Part shown: one piece after another, positions 11,829-23,870 of the stretch | How the letters are laid out: the number at the start of each line of letters is the position of its first letter | Position numbering within the stretch: the first letter of the stretch is position 1 | Assembly (NCBI RefSeq): GCF_963921235.1 | Contig: NC_086108.1 | Coordinates: 64,978,001 to 65,042,000, forward strand | Reading direction: 5' to 3' | Origin: Mobula hypostoma | Lineage: Eukaryota | DNA length: 64,000 nt | Made by a program: the position numbers and the translations under genes | Notes under the pieces: generated by a model | Told to the model about the DNA's origin: nothing | Database searches by the model: none | The model's input: the letters and a program-made list of their open reading frames with translations, nothing else

Positions 11829-13611
11829 CAGTCATTCTTGATGTGGGCCATGCCGTATTTCATAGGGGCTGCAAGTAAATACCAAGAAATTGGGGGCCAC
11901 AGGATTTTCTGAATGGACCATGATTCATTTACCATTATGTAATTTTAATTTAATGATATATATGTAATTTTAGAGTGCGTATAAAACTATTCAAGCCAAC
12001 CCCTTGAGCAACTCATCAGTATCAAGGTGTATTGACCAAATGTCAGATGATGTGGAAAAACAACTAGTTGCACAACTGCAAGTTAAGAAGTTTTTTCCCT
12101 GCAAATCAATAAAAGCACATTACGTGATAATGAAGCCCTTCTGATGGCATATATTAGGTTTTTGAATGATGATCAGGCTAGTGAGGAAATGCTTTTTGTC
12201 CAAAAACTTAAGACATATACCAAAGCTGAAACTATTTTTAAAGAAGTCAAGAGCTACTTCTTGGGAAACAATAATCCACTAAAAAATATAATGGCTTGTC
12301 CAACTGATGGAGCTGCTTTAGTGTTAGGAAGATGCAGAAAATTCATTTCTTATTTTAAAAATGCTATGCCAGACGTTTTTTACATACACTATGTCATCTA
12401 CCGCCAGTATTTGGTTGCAAAATAATTGGGAGGGCATTTGCATGACACTCTTGCTGCTGTAATAATGGCTGTCAATTTCATCAAATTGATTGCACTTCTA
12501 GATCATGTTTTTCAACAACTTTCGGAGGAAAACAGAGAAGATTTTGAATGCCTACTAATGTATACAGAGGTCTGGTGATTATCAAAATGAAATTGTCTTC
12601 ATTGCTTTGTTGCACTTTGGGATGGTATTCTAGCATTTCTAAGTGATAAGCAGCTTGGAGAACAAATTGTCACTGCTAAGTCTGACATGTTTTACCGGTC
12701 AGCTATATTTGAGAAACTGAGTTTATTAAACAGTTACAATGAAAAAAAACTGCATTTTCATATCATGCAGTGATGCTATTATGGCTTTCCTTGGAAAACT
12801 CAAACCTTTCAGCTGCAAAATTGGACATCACAAGTTTATACAATTTCCTTCACTGGCCACTCTTAAAATAAAATTGCAGGACAATGATCTGATTGTATAC
12901 CTTGATCATTTGAAACAACTGCAGACTGATATGGAATTTCAGTCAGAGTCATGCTGGAGATGCATATTCCAGATTGGGTGGTGGATCCATTTGGGGTGAA
13001 TGTGAATGATGTTGAGCTGCAGACTGATTAACAGCTCAAGCAAAATTCAAACGCAGCTGCAAAATTTCTGGATAACTAGTGATTATCAAAATAAGTCTCT
13101 ACAGCTTTCGGAGAAAGCAAAGTTGTTTTTAATTGGACTTTCCACCTCTTATCTGATTGTTTGTGGTTTTAGTTAAGTTCCTCACCTGCTATCAAAAGCC
13201 CATAATCATCTTGATGTTGTAAAAAGAGGTGATCTTCAATTATTTTTAACCAAGTTACAAACAGATGGTCAAAAACTTGTTGGTTTGGATCAGTCACAAG
13301 GATCTCACTAAATACCCAAAGTGACAAAAGTGCTTTTTCATTGCTAGTTGGAGTATTATATATATTAAAAATAAAGTGCTCTATTCACAGCTTTGAAATA
13401 GGTTTATTTTCATATACACCTGTAACATTATATTTAACATATAATAATACCTATAACCTGTGAAAACATAAATATTGACCATATATTAGAATAATTAGTA
13501 CGGTTGTCCAAAAAAACTTCAGCAAATAACGGAGACTATGGAGAGTGGGTGCTACAGAGGAAAATGAAAGTCACAAGTGGTCCACAAGCAGTAAAAGGTT
13601 GAGAACCACTG
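11829..13611 (+). mobile_element. hAT Charlie/Buster-type DNA transposon, internally deleted, transposase pseudogene
   Basis: Decayed transposase PLSNSSVSRCIDQMSDDVEKQL...SLQINKST, EEMLF...AETIF, CPTDGAAL, HYVIYRQ, YTEVW*LS. Right TIR aaaaggttgagaaccactg (13593-13611; reverse complement CAGTGGTTCTCAACCTTTT). Degenerate left TIR cagtcattcttga at 11829. Candidate 8-bp TSD ctatagtg/ctgcaatg. Confidence 0.8.
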
Positions 13612-13959
13612 CTGCAATGAATAGATATTATCCAGATTAGATACTCTGCAACTTTAGAAATGCCCTTCATAGTGAAGCTTGAGCTTGTAGTTACTTCCTC
13701 AGTTTAAATGCCCTATTGTTAATGATTGTGACTCTGTTGTCACACTTCTAGCCCTGGAATTCCCTCACTAAAATGTTTCAATGAGTTCATCGCTCTTTCT
13801 CCCTTTACAGTTATTATTTATACCTATATCTTTTACCAAGCATTTAGTCATCTTGCCAATATTTCCTTTTGTTTGGCTTTGTGAGAAAATGTGATTGTCA
13901 TCACCCTGTAAATGCCTTAGGGTATTTATTAAAATTCATAAATTTATATTTGCATTGGA

Positions 13960-15940
13960 ACTGTGGGCAGACACATCTCTAGGCCCTCATAAATTTCATC
14001 CTATGATTGTAGAAGAAGTCACTAATGAGATAGCTGATGCATTGGTTTAATTTACCAAAATTCCCTAGATTTGAGGATGTTTCCATCAGAAAGTAGAAAA
14101 TATTTTAATCAAAAACTGAAGAGAAACAAACTTCAAGCCAGTTAGATGAGTATCTGTCTTAGGGGAAAGGTTCAAAGCTTTTATTAAATATGTTATAGTA
14201 TTTCACAGACAAAGTCAACATGAGTTTGGCCACTTCATTGGAGCTTTTTGAAAAAGCATTGTGCTGTGGATAATTGGGTGAATATGCCATATTTTGGTTA
14301 TTTGATAAGGTGTCACACGAAAGGTCATTACTGAAAATAAAATATGATTTGGAGGTAAGTTTTATTTATAAATAGATGTTCACCTTGAAAGCATGAAAGA
14401 GAAAATAGAGAATGGGCATAAAATACCTTTTCTCATTGGCAAAATGTAACACATGGGAATCAGAGCCTGGTCCTCAATAAATCACAATTGATATCGATGA
14501 TCTGGATAAAGATGTAGGTTCTGTGATTTTCCTGATGGAAAAGTAAGTTGTGAAGAGTCTTAAGAGGAAGTTAAGTAGGAATACAGATATAATAGAAGAG
14601 GTCAGAATCCAAAATCAGAGTCACTGACATATGTTGAGAAATTGGTGTTTTGTGGCTGACGAACAGTACAAGACATTAAAATTTACAATAAAAAAGTAAA
14701 TAAATAAATAGTACAAAAAAGATGAATAGCAAGGTAATGTTCATGGACCATTCAGAACTCTGATGGCAGAGTGGAAGAAACTGTTCCTAAAACATTGAGT
14801 ATGTAACTTCAGGCTCCTGTACCTCAATCCATCTCAATGCTGTACGCATCCTTGTCACCATCTGAGATTCTAGTGACAATGTTTGTGCCATAAGCGAATT
14901 TATGGATAGCATTTGAATTGTGTGTAGCAACATAGTCATGAGGGCAGATAGAGTGGAGCAGAAGGCGAACCATATATCCTTGAGCTACCTCCATGTTGGT
15001 TGTAAGTAAGGAGGAACGTTATTTTTGATTCACACTGACTGTCGTCTGAGGAAGTCAAGAATGTAGTTGCAGTGGGAGGTACAAAGGTCCAGGTTTTGAA
15101 GCGTGTTGATTAGTATTGGGAGATGATGACATTGAATGCCAGGCTGACGTAAGTACTGATTTAGTCCAAGTTGTCCGAGGCTGAGCGGACAGCCAATGAG
15201 TTTGCATCCATTGTTGATCTATTATGGGGCTAGGCATATTGCAATGGGTCCAGGTCCTAGCTCAGCATTAGTTAATTCGAACCATGAACAACCTCTCAAA
15301 ACTTTTGTTCTGAAATCAACCTCTGAGACAGAGATCACAGGGTTGCCAGATGTTGTGGGGATTTGCACAGGTGTAGTTTTATTCTCCCTTTCAAAGAACA
15401 CATAAAAGGCATTGCGCTTATCAGGAAGTGAGGCATCACAGCCTTTTAGAAACTAATAGGTTGCAAAACCTTCCAGGGCTGTTGTGCATCTGATTGTGCT
15501 GAAATCTAGCAAGTAGTGTATTAATTGGGGAAAAATAAAAATTGAAAAAAGCATACTATCAAAATTGTGAAAGATTGTGGAGCTTTGAAGACTTTAGAGA
15601 TCTGAATGTCTTGATATATGTTTTGTTGAAGGTTAATGTGCAATCCTAGTTAGGAAAGCCAACAATGTTATTATTTATTGAAAGATGAATTGAATCCAAA
15701 AGTTGAGGGACTAATTTTTTCAGTTATATAGAGCATTCGTGACACAACAGCAAGTATACTATGCAGTATTGATCTCCTTTCTTAAGAATAGATGTTGGTG
15801 CCTTTAAAGTAGTGTGGAGAAGTTTTACTGGACTGCAAAATAAATGGTTGGATTATCTGATGTGAATGTTTGGATAGTGGGCATGTAGCTCCTGAAATTT
15901 AGAAAAGCAAGAGGGAATTTTATTTGAAACATACAAGTTC
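13960..15940 (+). mobile_element. Old CR1 RT fragment interrupted by a minus-strand Rex1/Babar-type LINE (~14601-15490)
   Basis: CR1 motifs atttgataaggtgtcacacgaaagg (FDKVSH) and ttatatagagcattcgtgacacaacag; the inner element on the minus strand gives LLHSICPHDYVATHNSNAIHKFAYG-type RT motifs. Confidence 0.6.
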
Positions 15941-16189
15941 AGCATCTGAAATGAATGCATGCAAGGAACATCAGTTGGTGCCAACTTTGCAGAAAAGCTA
16001 AGCCAATAAAATGTGTAAGCAGGAATCCAGAAGCAGTACTAGGTTACTGTTATATGTAAATTTGCAGTATCCTCAGCAAAGGTATAATATTCAAGTGTTG
16101 TGTAATTGAGTTTGTTTGCCTTTTGCCTTCCTCCTCAAGTTTAGTCTATATGTGCTTCATTTCATCCAGACAGTCACAATAATAGTAAT

Positions 16190-17035
16190 GGAACATGACC
16201 CTCCATGGAAGACATCCCCATGATCTGAGCAGACTAGATGTTGACAAGGAAACATCGAACACCTGGCTCAGAGTTAAAGACCTCTTTCCAGAAACAGAGG
16301 GGTTATATTGTGGCAATACAGAACCAGGGGATTAACGCAAGAAATATATATTAAAAAATACACAATAAAAGGCCAACAAATTCAAGGTGATAAATGCAGA
16401 AAATGTTGCCAAGAGAATCCACAAACAATCCAACACATTACAGGATCCTGTATTGGTTTAACTCAATCTGATTACTTATACACCCACAATCAAATGGCAA
16501 ACATTGTTCAACAAAATCTTGCTTTAAACTGCAAACACATAAAATACACCATACCTTACTATAAATACAAACCTGATCCAGTTTTAGAGTCAGAGTCCTA
16601 CAAATTATATTACAACTGATCCATTATTACAGATAGGACAATCCATAATAATCATCTGGATATAATATTGCAGGATAAACAAGCAAGAAAGTTTTACTTA
16701 ATAGATACAGCCATTCCATGCACACATAACATACAGAAATCAGTAAGTGAAAAATACCAGAAATATGATGAATTAAAAGAGTAAATTGAAAGACTATGGA
16801 ACATGAACAGGGTATACATTGCCCCAGTAGTAATATCTACAACTGGTATCATTCCAAAGCCACAACACAATAGCATTAAACAATCAGGGTTACACAGCAT
16901 TATCTATGTAAATCTGCAGAAAGCCACAATACTAAACTCCACTAGAATAGTCTAAAGGTTCCTAGCAATTGAGAAATAAGTGAGCATGGCTATGACTGCA
17001 CCTCAGATTGTACCTGCTGAGCTGAGAAAAATAAA
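16190..17035 (+). mobile_element. R4/Dong-clade non-LTR retrotransposon 3' fragment (CCHC knuckle plus restriction-like endonuclease)
   Basis: LHGRH...DKETSNTWL...LFPETEG; DKCRKC...TIQHITGSC; HNQMANIVQQNL; IITDRTIHNNHLDIILQDK...LIDTAIP; QKATIL. Flanked by TAA-like repeats. Confidence 0.8.
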
Positions 17036-17042
17036 CATAGAG

Positions 17043-17200
17043 TAATAATGATAACTTATTTATAGAGCACTTCTCATACAAATGATGTAGTTCAAAGTGC
17101 TTGACAATGGGATAAAGTAAACATAAAAATAAAAGACAAAATGATGTTAGTAAACAGCAAAGTTAAATCAATAGATTTTAAGCTAGCATTTAAAATTGAG
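17043..17200 (-). mobile_element. L2-type LINE/SINE 3' tail
   Basis: taataatgataacttatttatagagcacttctcatac...caaagtgcttgaca is the reverse complement of the L2-type end tgtaaagcactttg...gtgctatataaat(aa..tta)n. Confidence 0.55.
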
Positions 17201-18807
17201 TTCTGTAATTGTTCATGCATGCCATTGGAGAAGGCAGAGGATTAGACTTGGATATGAAGTGCATGTGATTGAATGAGCTGCAAGTCTTTGAGTTCTCTGA
17301 TTTCAGCTGCTTTGGTCCAAGAAATGGAAAGCTTGTCTTCTCTCATTTAAAAGATACTCCTCAGAGCCTTCTCTTCTTTAATCAAGCCTTTGGTTATCTC
17401 TCTTAATAAATCCATTTATAACAAGGTGTTAAATTTTGATTAAATGCCCTTTTGAATAGCCTTGAATGGATTTAATATATTTAAAACATTATACCTATTC
17501 CAGTTGCTGTTATAATATGCTAGATATTTGAATAAATACCCCTGAACATATGTAAGTAAATTATGAGCTGTTGCAATTTCAGATCTGCCATTGGGTGTGA
17601 GTATGGATTCGGTGGAATGTAATATTTTGCTGTCCTTAATGTATATAGCTGTACATTTTTCCAAAGCTCTTAACAATACACAAAAGGATTAGTGAGATGA
17701 GTACAGGTTGGCTGAAAAGCTATTAAATTTTATGAGGCAAACATATTTTACTTACAAATCATTTCATTTTTTCATTGTATTCAGTTTTTGTAAATATCTG
17801 CAGCACATATTGGATTGCACAGCTATTTGAATAAGAAATAAAGAGAAATCAAAATCTCAAAAGGCCAGAGGTTCCCCTTAAGGAAGAAAAAAATAATTTC
17901 CTTATATCCTTCTGTTTATGCTTATCTGCCTTTGGAAAATGACTTGCATAGAACATAGCAGTAAAACTGAGCATCAATCATAGCACAAATTGATTTACCT
18001 CTATAATGTTTTCCTGTTGTATATTAATTTATGGAAAGAAAATTTCCTTTAAATTCTGGTGGACATACTGTAATAAAATGCAATCTTACATTTGTAATTT
18101 GCATAACTAGCTCTTGTTTGGTGTTTCTAAAAGTTAAGATATTTGGAGAAAAGTCTTCATTTAATAACAAGAGAGACTTTTCAAAAGCCAATTATTAAAC
18201 CTCTGTTATTTGCATAATTAAGTGTTTAAGGGAATTCTACAAGCTGCAGTAATGAAGGACTGAATCATAAATTAGCTATATATTACAGTTTGTAATGGAT
18301 TGTGATTTATTACAGTGTTTAAAACTATAGATGATTTCTTCTGTGTGACCATTGGTAAATGCCTCCAAAGTTTCTATGTTGTTATCTTGCTGAACTGATT
18401 TGTTATTAACCATTGTCAGGAAGTAGTGTGACCCTGTTCTGATAGAGATCGCTGCCCTTTGCTACCTTCAGACTATTTGGTCTGTATCTAAAATGTTTAA
18501 AATACTTTTAATACCATGGAATTTGAGATTATGTAAAGTTCATCTAGTCAAAAGAAACCCTTAACTCTGTCACCTTTTCATACTGTGTGAATATTGGTGA
18601 CCCATTGTACTCTAAAGCTTTCAGACATTAAACACATCTAAAAAGGCAGTCAGCAATTGATAGTTGCATGACTTGTATTTTAATTGGGTAAAAGGTTAAT
18701 ATGCGCACAAGATGCCAAAGAGTCAAATGCATTTTAAAGATGTTATTTAAAACACAATTTATCATAAAACTTATCATAAGGATGTTATTTAAAGCACAAT
18801 TCATCAT

Positions 18808-19573
18808 CGGAACAGCTGTCCCGATTAGCCAAAGTTTCATGGAAATAGTTAAAAGATATAAAAAAGACAAACTACCATTTAACTGAGTAACAATTTATAA
18901 ATTTAAATGAAACACAGAACAAACTTAAACAGTATCAATACCTCTACAGTACTATAAAACTGTGTATTAGTTCCTAATAGTTATCAACGGAGGAATTTAC
19001 CAGCCATGTTCTTACGATTGACTGTAAATGAACAAAATCAGCATAGACACGTGGTGCAGAGTGTCTTCTTACAATGCTATAGACAATTGCATCTCCAAAT
19101 CTTCACTTTCGTTGTAACACTGAAGATGGTTGTGAATACCTTAAAATTATTAGTAGCTCCTAACATGCTGAAGTAGTGAAATGGTTACCTTTTCTCTATG
19201 GCTGTTTTTTGGCATCTCCAAGCTGGAATGCTTAAAAGCACAATGAGCAAAACAATTCTGAATTGTCTTACTGCTTATTTCTCGCCTACTATCAGTAACA
19301 AAAATCACTGCTTTTTGGATGCAAACACATGCAAATGATGCTGTTTAAGCCCTGTTCACTCTAAGCACGATGTAGTGTCTAACAGCCACATAAGTGTACA
19401 CAACTAACACTAATTAGAAACTGTTCAGCAACATTCTCCTGTCCGAGTTAAGTGGCATAGTTTCCCAAATAAACTAAGGGAATCCTGGGCTATATCTCTA
19501 TTTTTCTTTACGAACTGTCCCAAATAAGCAGCTACTCTAATTAACTGATGGCACAATAAACTGGAATCCACTA
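18808..19573. mobile_element. Tigger/pogo-like (Tc1/mariner) non-autonomous element, left end lost
   Basis: Ends ggcacaataaactggaatccacta (reverse complement close to CAGTGGATTCCAGTT). Internal sequence aagtttcatggaaatagttaaaag...aaactaccatttaactgagtaacaa is shared with 25225-25487. Confidence 0.65.
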
Positions 19574-19592
19574 TGTACGTATGTCATGTGCG

Positions 19593-19641
19593 TCTCTCTC
19601 TTCTCTTCTCTCACTCACTCACTCACTCACTCTCTCTCTGT

Positions 19642-19688
<47 letters not shown>
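19593..19688. repeat. Compound microsatellite (CT)n/(CACT)n/(CA)~23
   Basis: Directly visible; it produces the spurious HTHT ORFs. Confidence 0.98.
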
Positions 19689-19689
<1 letters not shown>

Positions 19690-21087
19690 CACATACTATA
19701 CAGTGGATCAGTGGATTCTGGTTTTCTATACTCTGAGCTGCTTCCAGATCTGGAAAAATAATTGTTTAGTGACCTCACAAACTCAAAAGTCACACAGTGC
19801 AATGAAGTATTTTTTTCTTACAAATATTGCATTGTTTATCAAATATATGAAACAAATATTTGAAAGTGAAATGTAATATGTCTGTTTTAATTCTCTGAAA
19901 AGATTAAAGTTGGACTTTTATTGAAAATAGCAAAGATAAGTTTAATGTAGCTTTATTATCTACTTATTGTTGCATAGGTGTTTCTATACTGTAATAGTAT
20001 GCCAGTGAACCAGATAATAATGCCAATTGAAAACGCAGCAGCAACTAACTAGAGCTTTGTCACAGTGAGTGTCTGATGAGGGATCATTGGGCTTCTTGTG
20101 TTTGAGCATAACAGTACAATGTGTTTGGCTTGATATTAAGTGGATCCTAGCAACATGTCACATCAACAGTGTAGTGTCTCACGTGGGGCTACTTGGAGCC
20201 TAGTAACACATCACAACAGATTGCGTCTGGCTTGGTGATATGTAATGCATAACAACACTCCATAGAAATGGTGTGACTCAGGGACCCTGGCATCTTAGCA
20301 ACATATCAGACTGGCAGAGTATGTCTGTCTTGAGGATATTTGAAGCTTAACAATGCACCATGACATTGTTGTGTATATAGTTACATTAGTCAGCACAGTT
20401 GGATATGGGTAACCCTCTACTTCCTCAAAAGTAGCTGCCCACAAAGCAAAAACCTTTAAAAAAAAATCAGACATATCCAGAATACCAGTATTTCCTGACA
20501 CTTAAGCTCGGCTAATTAGTATATTATACATTCATGCACTTCTGACCTGACTTCTGTTACCAAACTGTAGCCTGCCAATCATGGTTTATGAGGCCAACTC
20601 CCTAATATAGTACTTTTGAGTGTTTCCCAGATGGCTGTTCAGTATCCTTGATTGTGGTGTTAAATAAATGTTCTATGATCCCCTAGAAGCAAGTGGAAGT
20701 TTGACACTTCTCGCACTTTCAGTTTCAAAATCCAATGAAATTCTTTTGCAGGTTTAGTTTAGATACAGGAGCATGGTTTATGAATGTAGCTCATCCTTGA
20801 AAACATTTTCTTGCATGCATACTCTTTTCTCTATTATTAACCTGACAAGGAATGTTGTTTGAAGTTGCTAAGTAAACATACTGAGGCACCATAGAACGTG
20901 AATGATGCAGAATGCTTTTTGCGCTGCTTAACTCTTTCTGTCTGCAATCTCTTCCCTCTCCCTCCTCTTCTCTCTTCCCCCCACTCATGCTGCTTTTGCA
21001 CCCCTTTCCCTCCCCCTCCACATTGCACAGGCTGTCGTTTCATGACCTAGCATTATTAAAATTGCAATTATCAATCATTCTTGCCAG

Positions 21088-21216
21088 GAATGTCATCGCC
21101 TACTACATTAAAGAAGTCAGAGAAGTCTGGTTTCAGCAGTCCCACGCCTTCGCAGACCACCTCCCCTCGAACGGCATTTACACATCATCATCGGCCTGTG
21201 ATTACAGCACCCAGAG
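21088..21216 (+). CDS. NFIA: Nuclear factor I A, internal coding exon (equivalent to mammalian exon 7), phase 1-1, 129 nt
   Basis: Acceptor ttcttgccAG (21086-21087) and donor AG|GTgagg (21217). Translates (G)[42 protein letters not shown], matching the recalled human [47 protein letters not shown]. Not in the ORF track in this frame. Confidence 0.95.
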
Positions 21217-23544
21217 GTGAGGCACGGCCGCTGAGAGCCCTTCCCTGTAGCTCCTACTAAAGAGTCTAGGGTCTTGGCCAAGTAGCTTGTAGTTTGGTGC
21301 CTTGAATTACTGCTGATACAGAAAATAAAAACTCTAGGAAATAAAAATCCGTGTGTGCATTATGGGCTATAAAACTGAGAGGTGATGGTTCTTTTTTCCA
21401 GTTTGATTGTAGAATAAGAGGGAGAGGATTCATAGTATTGTCTTTTAAATATTTAAAATAAAATCAAAAAAAATTGTTTAGTTAACAGCTGGTTACTTCC
21501 CATGTTTTCTGTCAATTCAGTGATTTTTTTCAATCAGCTATTTTTATCCAAGCTATATTTGAAAACCTCTTTCAATGACTTCATTATATGTACCAATTAT
21601 AATTTGCTGTGTCTGGTTGCTGTAATAATTAATGACACATGTCTCAGCTAGGTCATTTTCCCATCTAAATCTCCTTTCATCTTGTTATTAAAATTAAGAA
21701 ATTACAAAACTGCTCAGGATAAGTGACTGCGAGATGCATTTTAGCTCTCGATGTTATGGAGCATTCAATTATCATACATTTACAACGTTAGCAATTAAAT
21801 ATGAATAAAACCACATTTTTCCAGAATTTGGAATATATTTCGATCCTGTTCCTTAGGACTGAAATTTAAAACCATAACTGAATATTAAAAAAATCCAATG
21901 CCCATGAACTTCTACATTCTGAAAATGCTGAAAAGTATTCCTCTAAGATAAAAGGTGTATCGAAATTACCATAACACATGTCTTTTGCTTTTCATAGGTA
22001 TAGCCTTCAGCCCAATTTATATTTTCATATATATGACAATATGCAGCTATTTCTGTCAGCAGAATGTAAGAGACCATTCTTATCAACTAGTTCAGAATAG
22101 TTCTTACTATTGAATGGAGTGTGCTGAGCATTGGAAATTGGTGCTGAGTGAGCACCAATATCTGCCAATAAAAAGTAATGGGGTGAGACAAATCTCCAAA
22201 ATGGCATGATTGGATAAAATCTCAACTGAACTCTATAGACCATTAATGGCTTGCTCCCTGAAGGGCACATGGTGATGTCAGTGAGGTCATTCTGCGGGTA
22301 TGTAATGCTGTACTAATTCATTCTTCCAGTATAGCTCCTGTGTCTCTAAAGGATTATTTGTTCATGATAGGTGTGTTACTGAAGCTGTTGCCGGTATTGG
22401 GCTGCAAGCTTTTAAAATGCCATTCTCCACATGGAGATTCCATTAATAGCCACTTAATGGGTGCCAGTCATGCCCCTAAGAGAGAAATGGCGGAAAATAT
22501 TTTGCAACACCTTTTACTGCATTATTGGAAACGTTTTAAGATAAAATGGAACTTCAAAGTAATTTAAGAAGGATATAAAGGAGTCACTAAATGGAAGAAA
22601 GTAATTTCCTCAAAGAAAAAACAAGGTCAAACTCTTTTAAACAAGTTCAGTTATCATTGGCACAAACATCATTCCTTAACTTCAAAAAATGAATTAAAGT
22701 TAAAGCAAATGTGGGGGCGGAGGACAGCCTTGGGAGTGTAAACAAAAAGGTGGTATTCTCCATTGAAAATTCAACATCTGTTCAAACAGTAACGATTTGT
22801 ATCATTGGCCCATTCACTTATCAGAACAATTCCCTGCCATATATTTCTGATTTTCCCACGTACTTATGATAATAGTGAGGGAGTGGGGAGAGGCCTATGT
22901 TTGCAAGTGTGATGTCTGTTCCCAAGTGGCAATTTGATGTGTCATTGACTAATAATTGTAGGGATAAGTTTCTGTCTAACTTGTCATTTCTCCTTGCCAA
23001 CTTGTGCTCAGCACCTTCCTTTAGTGAGATGACAGAAACTGGAAACCAAGTGAAACAAAGAAAATTAAAACTTGACGTCATGTGACATGGTTTAAACACT
23101 ACTCATCATTTTGAAAGATATTTGTGAATGATCAGCTTCATTTAAATATCATGCTATTACAAAACCAGTTTATGAAATTTAAAACTGCTCCTGTAGAAGG
23201 GAAGTGAGGCTAATTAGATAGCTCTTCATACAATGAGTTGAATGGCTTCTGCCTTTGATTCCAAAGATACTGAGTAGCTTATTTTAAATTTCAATTGTTG
23301 AACAAAAAATAATTAGCTGAAATGTAGTACCAGTTATCATTTCTATAAAGCATATTTTGTTTAAAAAAGCACAAATACTAAGATCCATTTTCACTTTTTT
23401 GGTACCAAGGTCATCACTGACAAAACCATGAATGTAGTCATAACTTCTAGCAGTGTAAACAAGCTTGAAGTATGCTGGATAAGTTTATTTGTAATATTGA
23501 AGAAAATAAGTATGAAGTTTATTAGTAAGCATCACTCTGCATGT

Positions 23545-23870
23545 TACTTGCACTTTTGCCTCTAAGTTAGAAGGTTGTGGGTTCAAATCGTACTCCAGAA
23601 CACAAACACACAATTTGCCACCTCATTGAGACATGAGTGCAAACTCCATTACTGAAGCTCTTTGTTGCCTTTCAGAAGAGATGTTAGAATAAAGCCCCAT
23701 CTAATATCCAGTTGGATGTGAAACATCCCACTGCACTAGTTGACAAGCTGGGGTGCTGTTGTGTTATTTTAGCTAACGCTTTCCTGAAGCATCTCGGCCA
23801 AGATGCAATGAACTGATCATTTTTACCAATGGGTTTTTGTTGCGTATAAGTTTGCCATTGTGTTGCTATA
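23545..23870 (+). mobile_element. Deu-domain SINE (SacSINE1/AmnSINE-like), decayed
   Basis: tRNA-like head gcctctaagttagaaggttgtgggttcaaatcgtactcc, then a Deu-like core tgcctttcagaagagatgttagaataaagccccatct...ggatgtgaaacatcccactgcacta. Confidence 0.6.

Noticed and set aside
12144..12999. Domesticated ZBED/SCAND3/GTF2IRD2-like gene
   Set aside because: Stops and frameshifts throughout, and a TIR is still present; it is a dead transposon.
19573..19876. His-Thr repeat ORFs
   Set aside because: Translations of the (CA)n/(CACT)n microsatellite.
1..21000. Preceding NFIA exon (expected ...EDEMDSPGEE...WHEVE)
   Set aside because: Not found by eye; probably upstream of the window.
20912..21220. 102-aa ORF overlapping the first NFIA exon
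   Set aside because: It is in a different frame from NFIA and its N-terminus is translated polypyrimidine tract; there is no evidence for dual coding.
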